From positions 1-21,348 of the forward strand of contig JAVVGN010000029.1 in NCBI GenBank assembly GCA_032249095.1: a stretch of 21,348 nt of DNA, written 5' to 3'. This document shows, in pieces, positions 7,784-15,260 of the stretch; position 1 is the stretch's first letter, and each line of letters opens with the position of its first letter. This DNA is from Candidatus Caldarchaeales archaeon (GTDB lineage Archaea > Thermoproteota > Nitrososphaeria_A > Caldarchaeales > Calditenuaceae). The position numbers and the translations under genes were made by a program. The notes under the pieces are model-generated. The model saw only the letters and a list, made by a program, of their open reading frames with translations, searched no databases and was not told the origin of the DNA.

Positions 7784-8895
7784 TTGAAGTTCTATGCCGA
7801 TGTTCATAAGAGTAAGAGGAACGGCGAGGGATACAGGATAACATACTCTACTGACGGAACGACTTTCAGGCATGTAGACAGCTTCGGCGAGGTCCCGGCT
7901 GGGCCTGGAGACAGGCTATTAATGGATACAATACCACCTCAGCATACTGACGGTGCTATAGAACTACTAAGGAGAGGGGTAGAGGTATACTATCTCAGGA
8001 GACTTACATTGCTTAAGAAGGTGCGCGGAGAGCTTAGGCTGCCGAAGAGCGCTAGGGGAGACATAAGGGCATTGATGAAGATAGGAGAGAGGTGGTTCAG
8101 GAGGGTTACCGAGGACTTCCTAGTCTTGAGGAGGATGATTCTGGCCTATAGGTCTCTATCGAAGACTCATCAGCAACTACTGAACAAATACAGGGCTTTG
8201 TCTGAGGCTGAGAGGGAGGTTCTGAAACCAGCAACCTCATCCATAGAGAAGCAGATGGAGGAGATGGCGAAAAAGATAGATGAGGAGGCTGGCAGAAGAC
8301 TTCCGGCCTATAATGTGATTCTTGAGGGGCTGGGGATAAATGATGGCCTGGCTGGCAGGGAGGCCCTGGCAGAGCTGCTAACATATGCGGATTTTGTTGA
8401 TAGTCCTTTGAGGGGTTTGAAGAAGCTTTTAGGACTTTACAAACCGATTAGGCTGGCGAAAAAGGTAAATTGGAAGTTATACGATGAACTCATCTCAAAA
8501 TTCCGTATCTTAGGTGTATGGTTATTGGTGCTATTGTTGCTAGGACCTTGTATGTTGATGCTAGCCTCTCATATCTTATGATCATCCTCCTGAATGATTT
8601 CAGCCATCCGAAGAACCTCTCCACGGAGCTTCTCATCTTCCTACCAACCCTAGGCATAGGAGGAAGAAGAGGCCTAATCACCTATCACTCATAATCGCTA
8701 AGTTCACGAAACCTCATAAAGAAAACCAAGTAAGAGAAGCTTAAATAGTTTTGAGATGAGTTCGATCATAAGCTACATCAGGCGACCACTAGGCTAGCAT
8801 TGGTATACTACAAGAACTGGCCAAACGGACGACAATGCTGGGAACTGATGAAACAGATCAAGCAACTAATGGTGACTGCTCAGGCACTGGGATAG
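7784..8895 (+). pseudogene. IS110-like (DEDD/RuvC-like plus helix-hairpin-helix) transposase-like gene, interrupted by a miniature IS
   Basis: TTG start with GGAGGTG 8 nt upstream. The layout resembles IS110 transposases: FYADVHKSK..., LLMDTIPPQHTDGAIELLRRGVEVYY, KSARGDIRAL, and LEGLGINDGLAGREALAELLTYADFVDSPLRGLKKLLGLYKP. The frame is broken at 8485 and resumes in frame at 8767 (HKLHQATTRLALVYYKNWPNGRQCWELMKQIKQLMVTAQALG, stop 8893-8895). The family assignment comes from motif pattern only. Confidence 0.5.
8486..8763 (-). mobile_element. IS5-family deletion derivative (MITE-like, 278 bp)
   Basis: 15-bp perfect terminal inverted repeats GAACTCATCTCAAAA (8486-8500) and TTTTGAGATGAGTTC (8749-8763). 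A direct GAT duplication flanks them (8483-8485, 8764-8766). Inside is only the C-terminal roughly 60 aa of a DDE transposase (SVERFFGWLKSFRRMIIRYERLASTYKVLATIA), and its stop codon lies within the repeat. Confidence 0.75.
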
Positions 8896-9025
8896 GCCCC
8901 CGGCAGCAAGGGGAAAAACCCAGAACTATACACACCGGGGGCTCCATTTATATAATCGCCGGAGTCCGGCGGGCTCAGGGATATTAATCCCGGTGTCTGG
9001 GGTTCCTAGGCTTGCTGCCGAGGCT
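8896..9025. repeat. imperfect palindromic element, possible structured RNA
   Basis: Nested complementary segments: 8901-8910 cggcagcaag with 9011-9020 cttgctgccg; 8919-8924 cccaga with 8996-9001 tctggg; 8932-8939 acaccggg with 8989-8996 cccggtgt. There is an inner hairpin cgccgg-agt-ccggcg at 8957-8971. The element starts right after the stop of the IS110-like ORF. Confidence 0.5.
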
Positions 9026-9234
9026 TACAGATTAATCAACCCCTCCCCTCACTCTTTCCTCCTTTTCCACTCAATATCCTAATTATTTTGCTACACACAA
9101 AGCTGGTCTACCTAGAGTTTTTATGTACAGGAATTCTGATAACGAGGATGCAAAATATACAAACCCATTTTCCTAAGCACAGACGTTGTCAAGCTACGTA
9201 ATCTATCTAAGAAATTTATATCCCTGCAGGCCCG

Positions 9235-10017
9235 CTAGACGGCCAGCCCGTTGAGCCTGAGGAACCTCGAGACCTCCTCCTTGAGCCTCTCAGCCTCGAT
9301 GTCGAGTCTGATCTTCTCTGCCAAGTACTGCCTGTAGGTCGCCCTCGTCCCGGCATACTTGAGTAGGTAGCCCTCGAGCGCCAGCTTCTCCGACGCTTCC
9401 TCCAAGTACCTCTCCATGTCCTCTCTCCGGGCCTCCACGTAGGCATCATCCATCAGCACCATCTCCGTGGGGAGCCTAGGCCTCGTGGGCGGATTCTCCG
9501 CCGGCGGCCCCATACAGATCATGAAGAGCGGTATCACTCCGGTGGGGAGTCTGAGGGCCTCCTGGAACTCGGAGCCGAGCCTGAGGGGCCAGTCGAGGAT
9601 CACGGAGGAGTAGCCGAGCGATTCGCCAGCGAGTATCAGGTTCTCGACGAAGAGTCCCGCCTCAAAGACCGCCTCCACCGCCTCGACTGGATAGGGAGGC
9701 TTGGCGAGGAGGTTTAGGGGCTCCACTATGTCGAAGAGGGCTCTGAGCCTCCTGAGGTCGAGGCAGAGGACCAGCAGTATTGGAGCGTTCTGGATGATGC
9801 TGTCGCCCGTCAAGTCGTAGAGCCTCCTCCTAAGCTCCTCCCTAGTTATTCTGATCACCGCGTAGGACTGGTAGACGCACGGCGCCCTCTGGCCCGCCTC
9901 GACAAGAAGCTCGACGACCTCTCGGCTAGGCCTCGACGGTGCGAAGATCCTGATCGACCTCCTCCTGAAGATCAGGGCAAGGGTGCCGCGCTTCCTCTTA
10001 ACAGCCTGCTGAGGCAT
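9235..10017 (-). CDS. nitroreductase-family protein with a C-terminal extension
   Basis: 260-aa ORF containing RRRSIRIFAPSRPSREVVELLVEAGQRAPCVYQSYAVIRI and IIQNAPILLVLCLD. About 70 aa of charged helical sequence follow. Confidence 0.8.
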   Translation of the reverse strand: MPQQAVKRKRGTLALIFRRRSIRIFAPSRPSREVVELLVEAGQRAPCVYQSYAVIRITREELRRRLYDLTGDSIIQNAPILLVLCLDLRRLRALFDIVEPLNLLAKPPYPVEAVEAVFEAGLFVENLILAGESLGYSSVILDWPLRLGSEFQEALRLPTGVIPLFMICMGPPAENPPTRPRLPTEMVLMDDAYVEARREDMERYLEEASEKLALEGYLLKYAGTRATYRQYLAEKIRLDIEAERLKEEVSRFLRLNGLAV

Positions 10018-10150
10018 GGATCAGCACTCACCAAGCAGTCCGCCCCCATAGATAAGGATGAATATGGGAGAGATGATGAGGGAGGCTGTGCCAAAGTCCC
10101 TATTCGTCATCAAGGCACCACATTATCAAATTTAAATGCCTAGATCAAGA

Positions 10151-10563
10151 TGCCTTGTGGCTTAATTCCTGGGCTCTTTCGTCTCTCTTCGCTACCTTTT
10201 GGCTATTCCTGTGACGTTTTCGGCTCTCGTCTCAGATTCCCTATATCCTTTCGCCTCAAGGCCTATTGCCATGCCTCCATTCCTCTCCCATGATGAGCTA
10301 CTGGGAGAGGGTCGGTGAGAGACTCATTAAGCGTGGAGAAAAATGGTTAGATATGGTAGGAGGTGGATGGCTGAGACTGCAATATCCAGGCCCAAAGCAT
10401 TGTTCGGAGAACATCCCCCCTCCAGGAAGCCGAGATGGATGGACTCAGAGCATACGATCAAGGCGCTCATACACAACATGCTATTGAGCGCCGTAACAAC
10501 GTAGAAAACTGGGCCCCACCCTGAGAGGGGAAAAACGAACCCCAGGAATTAGGCCACAAGGCA
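10151..10563. mobile_element. non-autonomous element (MITE-like, 413 bp) with 23-bp terminal inverted repeats
   Basis: The left end tgccttgtggcttaattcctggg (10151-10173) matches the reverse complement of cccaggaattaggccacaaggca (10541-10563) with one mismatch. There is no convincing internal transposase and no obvious target duplication. Confidence 0.6.
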
Positions 10564-10592
10564 ACCCAAACACGATAAATAAAAACAAGATA

Positions 10593-10694
10593 GTGTCCAA
10601 ATAAGGTTTTAAGTACCGTCTAGAGGCTCTATTCTACTCGCGAGGCTACTATGGGAGGTCGACACGATGCTGGAATGTTTGACAACCTATATAT
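10593..10694. repeat. promoter-proximal repeat element, copy A (diverged)
   Basis: gtgtccaaataaggttttaagtacc...ctcgcgaggctactatgggaggtc...tgtttgacaacctatatat. It is homologous to 18639-18744 and partly to 17756-17813. Confidence 0.6.
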
Positions 10695-10731
10695 GGGGGC
10701 TGGCGGCACGTCTGGGAGGTGTCACACCTCT

Positions 10732-11067
10732 ATGACGGGTCTGAGCATAAATCTGTCGGAGAGAGCGGCGAGGAAGGTTAGGGAGATCCTCGAGGCGGAG
10801 GCGTCGGGAGAGGGTCTGGCCCTGCGGGTCTTTATCGCGGGTCAGACCTGCTGTGGCTACAGGTACGGCATGATGCTGGACGACCAGGTGCTCGAGGGTG
10901 ACATAGTGGTCCAGAACAACGGTGTGAAGATAGTTGTCGACAAGTATAGCGCCGCGGTCATGGATGGTGCCGAGATCGACTATGTCGAGGGCAAAGATGG
11001 GGAGGGCTTCGTGATCCACAACCCCAACGAGTCATCGAGCTGTAGCTGCGGAGGGCACCACCGCTAG
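10732..11067 (+). CDS. IscA/HesB-family iron-sulfur cluster insertion protein
   Basis: LSINLSERAARKVREIL, FIAGQTCCGYRYGMML, and the C-terminal GFVIHNPNESSSCSCGG signature. The start is taken at ATG 10732 because the 10651 extension lies inside the repeat element. Confidence 0.85.
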   Translation: MTGLSINLSERAARKVREILEAEASGEGLALRVFIAGQTCCGYRYGMMLDDQVLEGDIVVQNNGVKIVVDKYSAAVMDGAEIDYVEGKDGEGFVIHNPNESSSCSCGGHHR

Positions 11068-11085
11068 CGCCGGCGGTCGAGAACC

Positions 11086-11544
11086 GTGAAGGAGGGCGAC
11101 ACCTGCCCCGACTTCACTTTACCATCAACCGAGGGCGAGTTCAGGCTAAGAGAGAAGCTCGGCAAGGGCTACATCATCCTCTACTTCTACCCCAAGGACA
11201 ACACGCCCGGCTGCACGGCGGAGGCCTGCAGCTTCAGGGACAACATGGGGATCCTGACGAGGCTCGGAGCCCAGGTCTACGGGGTCAGCACCGACAGCCT
11301 CGAGAGCCACAGGAAATTCATCCAGAAGCGCGGCCTCAACTTCCCCCTCCTCAGCGACGAGAAGGGCGAGGTCGCGAGACTCTTCGAGGCCTACAACCCG
11401 TTATTCAGGACTGCCAAGAGAAAGACCTTCATAATATCTCCCGAGGGAAGGATCGAGAAAATAATCGAGGGTGTGAGTCCCGAGGACCACGTGAGGCTCT
11501 CGGCGGAGTTTCTGCAGTCTAGGCCTAGAGCCGCTAGCGCTTGA
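11086..11544 (+). CDS. bcp: Bcp-type peroxiredoxin (AhpC/TSA family)
   Basis: ILYFYPKDNTPGCTAEACSFRD active-site motif. 152 aa with a GTG start. Confidence 0.9.
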   Translation: MKEGDTCPDFTLPSTEGEFRLREKLGKGYIILYFYPKDNTPGCTAEACSFRDNMGILTRLGAQVYGVSTDSLESHRKFIQKRGLNFPLLSDEKGEVARLFEAYNPLFRTAKRKTFIISPEGRIEKIIEGVSPEDHVRLSAEFLQSRPRAASA

Positions 11545-11788
11545 GGCTGCTCCTGACCGCCTCCACAATCTCTTGGGGAGTCGGGAACCTGCCTCCCTGC
11601 TCCTTCCTCGAGAAGATTCTCCTATCGTCGACATAGACGTCGAAGGTCCCGCCATCCGACGTGTCAAGCGTCACTGAGAACCTCTTGTTCAGCTCTGTCC
11701 CGAAGGTCTGGAGCAGGTGGTTGGCCAGCTCCATGGCCCTCGGGAGGTGGCCGCAGGGCACGCAGTAGACGATCCTCACGTTGGTCAT
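11534..11788 (-). CDS. Rdx-family (SelW/SelT-like) CxxC thioredoxin-fold protein
   Basis: 84 aa. It has the N-terminal VRIVYCVPCGHLPRA motif, then GGTFDVYVDDRRIFSRKEQGRFP as in Rdx proteins. It converges on bcp with an 11-nt overlap. Confidence 0.65.
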   Translation of the reverse strand: MTNVRIVYCVPCGHLPRAMELANHLLQTFGTELNKRFSVTLDTSDGGTFDVYVDDRRIFSRKEQGGRFPTPQEIVEAVRSSLKR

Positions 11789-11870
11789 GGCCGCGAAGAC
11801 CTATCAAGATGTCTCACATTAATATATCTTATCCCGAGCCCCACAACTCCCCATCTGCTTAAGACGCATT

Positions 11871-12909
11871 CTAAATAAGCTTCAAAGACGCCTCCCTATA
11901 CACTGGGTCTAGAAACCTGTAGTCCCTGATGATGCTCATGTCTTCTAGGCTGTTAATGACGTTTGCGAGTATGCTGGAGGATAGCGTCACGCCTTCCCTC
12001 TCCTCCACGTACCTTTTTATCCTGCTCCAGCTACCCAAGCCTTCTGCCACACCTTTCAAGACCAGGGAGTATCTGCGACCCCTTGCCTTGACTATGTTTC
12101 TAATCTCTTTCAGAGCCAAATTCACGGCCATGCTCTTGATAGACTCCAGCTTTCTGTTTCCGCTGGCGTACTCGTTTCCAAAGAACGTTAGCCATCCTGG
12201 AATCCCATCAAAGAAATTTACGGCCTCTTCTAATTCTTCCTCACCTATGTCAACGCCGAGCTCTTCAAAACCCCGTCTCAAGAACTCTCTGGCGGTATCT
12301 TCATCAAACCTCTCCACCACCAGCCTGTAGCAGTATCTTCCATACAAAGGAGAGCCCACATCGTCCAGCCTCAGGAAATCGTATAGGAGGCCTGCTTCAG
12401 AGCCGGTTAGTATAAACGTTAGATTCCTGTCATAGTCGTAGGCGTGCGCTATCGCATTAAGCACCTCACGGGCCCTAGGACCCCTTCAGCCTTTGGGCCT
12501 CATCCATCGCAATGATTGTCCTTCTTTTATTGAGAGAGTCGAATAGGGTCGGCAGAGTAAGCGCGTTCCTTCCCCTCCATCTTATCGCGACCTCGTTTCC
12601 CAAGATCTTCACTGACGAGAGGCTCGTGAGTATCTCCCTAAACTTATCTAGGTTCGTGGAGAAGGCCCTCGACAGCACATAGTAGAGGTCTCTAAGACCA
12701 TAGTTGATTTTTAGGCTCCTTAAGTCGAGCAAGACGCTTGGCGCCTCGACCTCGTTCAGAAAAACGCTCAGGATTGATGATTTGCCTATCCTCCTGATGC
12801 CGGTTATTAGAATGAGGGGCTAGTTGACGTTTTCGGCGAGCATCTCGAGCTCCCTGTCACGTCCGAACAGGTCCGCCCTCCTTGTTTTTGGCCTTGGGTC
12901 AAATAGCAA
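11871..12909 (-). pseudogene. archaeal ATPase (Arch_ATPase with C-terminal DUF234 wHTH), paralog 1, disrupted
   Basis: From TTG 12909: MLFDPRPKTRRADLFGRDRELEMLAENVN, then an in-frame TAG (12820-12822), then PLILITGIRRIGKSS (Walker A) and IIAMDEAQ (Walker B). There is a stop at 12475-12477 and a frame change to AREVLNAIAHAYDYDRNLTFILTGSEAG..., ending at 11871. Confidence 0.75.
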
Positions 12910-12943
12910 GTTCTGCCCCAGAACCATAGTTCTGCCCCAGAAC
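12910..12943. promoter_or_regulatory. two tandem copies of palindrome GTTCTG-CCC-CAGAAC abutting the ATPase-1 TTG start (candidate operator)
   Basis: Identical 15-mers at 12910-12924 and 12929-12943, period 19 nt. On the coding strand a TATA-like ATTTTTAT (reverse complement of 12944-12951) lies immediately distal. Confidence 0.5.
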
Positions 12944-13014
12944 ATAAAAATCTTTCCAAAAAAAGGGCTCCGCCGGCGCTACAGACCGGGGAGAGCGTGG
13001 CCATAGAGAAGACA

Positions 13015-13252
13015 CCCTCTTTCTGGGATCTCTCTTGCTGTAACTACGTCCTCTGCGCGGCGTTGAAGGAAGGGCTGAGATGTATGTCCCTCTTCAAATT
13101 CAAATGTTACAACATGATCCAGCGGCTGCCCCAACTACGGCATGCATGTCTCTCAATTCCCTTTTTGGGGATTTCTTTTGTTGTAACTAGTAGAACTTCC
13201 AGCGATGAGGAGTTTACGGGATGGTAATTTTAGGGATTTCTTTTGTTGTAAC
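13015..13252 (-). CRISPR. degenerate orphan CRISPR remnant (4 repeats, 3 spacers)
   Basis: + strand repeats are R1 13015-13044 ccctctttctgggatctctcttgctgtaac, R2 13088-13113 ccctcttcaaattcaaatgttacaac (degenerate), R3 13159-13187 ccctttttggggatttcttttgttgtaac and R4 about 13224-13252 ...tagggatttcttttgttgtaac. The 20-nt cores of R3 and R4 are identical, and R1 differs only by three C/T transitions. Spacers are 43, 45 and 36 nt. There are no cas genes in the window. The strand is guessed from degeneracy increasing toward 13015. Confidence 0.55.
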
Positions 13253-13321
13253 CGTGCCTTTTTCGGCTGTTTTTCGGGGAATTGGGCGGGTAATACAGCG
13301 ACGTGCTCCACTGACCCCGCT

Positions 13322-13966
13322 GGTACTGACAAGTTTTACTTAAGCCATTTAGGGTCTTTGGTCTTGATGCACATCATCGATGCCGTACTGGACTCTTTCT
13401 CCAATCTATTTCGATCCCACAGGTACTCTCCTCTCGAGAAGCTCTATTTTGTCATTCTCTTCATAGCGGGCCTTAGCTTATGGGATCTCTCCGAGGGCTC
13501 TGTCTCACCGGCGTAGAGGGAGAGTCCGTCGGGATATGGGTTCACAGGTTCTCGCCCCTCTTCAGGCAGTTCAGGAGGGTAAGCAGGCTTGTCGCCGTAG
13601 ATGAGGCTGTCCTGAAGGTGAGTGGTCAGACCTGCTATCTTTGGGCCGAAATAGACGTTGATACCAAAGAGGTATTGGCCGTATACGCGTCGAGGGGATT
13701 CCAAGCGCAATCAAGTTCCTAAGGAAGGTATTGGACTCATGTGAAGGTAAGCCACTCATATTAGAATGACTTACTTCCAAGAGACTCCCTGTAAAAGGAA
13801 CAGGATAGAGAGGTGGTTCAGGGAAATGAAGTAAAGAACGAAGATGTTCTACAACAACATAAACGCGAAGACACTGAAGAGCATAGAGGAGATAGCAACC
13901 GCATTGCAGCAATATACAACATCATCAGAGCGGGATTAGAGGAGGTAATACTAACTTGACAGTACC
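13322..13966 (+). mobile_element. IS6-family insertion sequence, decayed
   Basis: The ends ggtactgacaagtt (13322-13335) and aacttgacagtacc (13953-13966) are complementary at 13 of 14 positions and start with GG as in IS6-family IRs. Transposase pieces lie in several frames: RYSPLEKLYFVILFIAGLSL; VAVDEAVLKVSGQTCYLWAEIDVDTKEVLAVYAS; NRIERWFREMK*RTKMFYNNINAKTLKSIEEIA, which has an in-frame TAA. Confidence 0.7.
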
Positions 13967-14085
13967 AACTGTCCTTATATAGGTTAGCGGCATATAAGGT
14001 TTGCGGCGCCCTAACCTGGCCGCCAGCCATGGGCTATGGGTTTAACGTTTATATTGTGTGTCGGCAAACTAGTCCGTAGCCGGTC

Positions 14086-14199
14086 ATGACCGAGCCTGCC
14101 GTCGTTCTAGAGGAGTGTCCTAGGTGCCACTATGAGGTGCCCGAGGGGACCCACAGGTGCCCTAGGTGTGGCCTCTGCATAACCTGCTCGAGCCAGTAG
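14086..14199 (+). CDS. 37-aa zinc-ribbon protein
   Basis: MTEPAVVLEECPRCHYEVPEGTHRCPRCGLCITCSSQ has two CPxC knuckles. A TATA-like TTTATATT at about 14048-14055 lies roughly 30 nt upstream of the ATG. Confidence 0.45.
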   Translation: MTEPAVVLEECPRCHYEVPEGTHRCPRCGLCITCSSQ

Positions 14200-14215
14200 C
14201 TCAGTTGTGGGAATG

Positions 14216-15202
14216 CTAGCCCAGCTCTACGCGGATCTTTTCGTCGAGCGAGACCGCCCCTATTCCCGCAGACCTCAGATGCCTCGCTAGGACGCCTGAG
14301 TATCCGTAGACCGTGAGGACCCTCGAGTAGTTGGAGGACTTGACGTAGGAGAGGATGCCCTGGAAGTCTGAATGGTTGCTCAGGGCGAAGTGGGCATCCA
14401 TCTCCGGTAGCCTCCTCACGAGGACCCAGCCTGTCGCCTCAGCCCACCGGGCCCGTCTGCCAGCCCAAGTGGTGAAGTCGACCCAAGAGGAGACGTAGAC
14501 CGCGCCGCCCCTAAGTGCTTCGCGCCCCTCCCTCCCCCCCACGCTGAGGAAGCTCATCCAGGGGTACTTCTCGCGGTAGACCCTAGAGACCCTGAAGACT
14601 TGGGGGCTGGTTACGACTGGTGCCTGGACTGTCTTGTTGATCAGGGCGATGATCTCTTGAGCCTTTCCGGCGGAGTAGACCTTGAAGGCCGGTATCTCAC
14701 CGTCCCTAAGGGTCCTCGAGACCCATCTAACTATCTCGCCGTAGACCTGCTCCCTCTCGGGGAACTTGTAGATGGGGGAGCCGTAGGTCGAGTCGATGAC
14801 TAGGACGTCGCTCTCCACGGGCTCGGCGCCCCTCTGAAGTATGGTGTCATAGGCGTTCATGTCTCCGGTGTAGAGGGCGGTGAAGCCGTCGGCCTCTATC
14901 TTGAACATGCTTGCGCCGAGCATGTGTCCCGAGTTTGAGGCGACGAGGCTGACGCCAGACGGGACCTCAATCCTCACTCCGAGGGGCGAGCTGATGAACC
15001 TCCTATAGTGGACCCGGCGTGCGGCGAAGATCCGGTGGGTCTCCCGCGTCATCACGTTTATCCCGGCTGCCTGGCCGGCGTGGTCCATGTGCGCGTGGCT
15101 TATGCATCTGACCCCACCCCCCTCCGCGGAGTCGAAGAGGATCGCTGCGCCGGGGAGCTCAAGCACAGGCCCGCCGCCCGCCATCCTGGCTACAGGCTTC
15201 AC
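14216..15202 (-). CDS. metallo-beta-lactamase-fold, beta-CASP-like nuclease
   Basis: ILFDSAEGG, ISHAHMDHAG (HxHxDH), SNSGHMLGAS, YTGDMN, VIDSTYG and LSNHSDF, in the order expected for beta-CASP enzymes. The start is GTG 15202 or ATG 15184, with a CTTTATAG TATA box upstream on the coding strand. Confidence 0.75.
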   Translation of the reverse strand: MKPVARMAGGGPVLELPGAAILFDSAEGGGVRCISHAHMDHAGQAAGINVMTRETHRIFAARRVHYRRFISSPLGVRIEVPSGVSLVASNSGHMLGASMFKIEADGFTALYTGDMNAYDTILQRGAEPVESDVLVIDSTYGSPIYKFPEREQVYGEIVRWVSRTLRDGEIPAFKVYSAGKAQEIIALINKTVQAPVVTSPQVFRVSRVYREKYPWMSFLSVGGREGREALRGGAVYVSSWVDFTTWAGRRARWAEATGWVLVRRLPEMDAHFALSNHSDFQGILSYVKSSNYSRVLTVYGYSGVLARHLRSAGIGAVSLDEKIRVELG

Positions 15203-15260
15203 CGTAGCTTCTCCACAGGTATTTGGCTATAAAGCATTTCCTATGTGGACGCGCCCAGCC

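Noticed and set aside
10068-10120. TGATGA ... TCATCA pair suggestive of a C/D-box sRNA
   Set aside because: No CTGA D-box lies at the required distance on either strand. The pair is just a 6-bp inverted repeat.
10266-10487. 73-aa ORF inside the 413-bp MITE
   Set aside because: It has no transposase motifs and lies entirely within a non-autonomous element, so it is probably fortuitous.
12807-13227. ORFs 12807-13004, 12824-13006 and 12997-13227 across the ATPase promoter and CRISPR remnant
   Set aside because: They overlap repeats and palindromes and have Cys/Phe/Ser-rich implausible sequences. The region is better explained by non-coding features.
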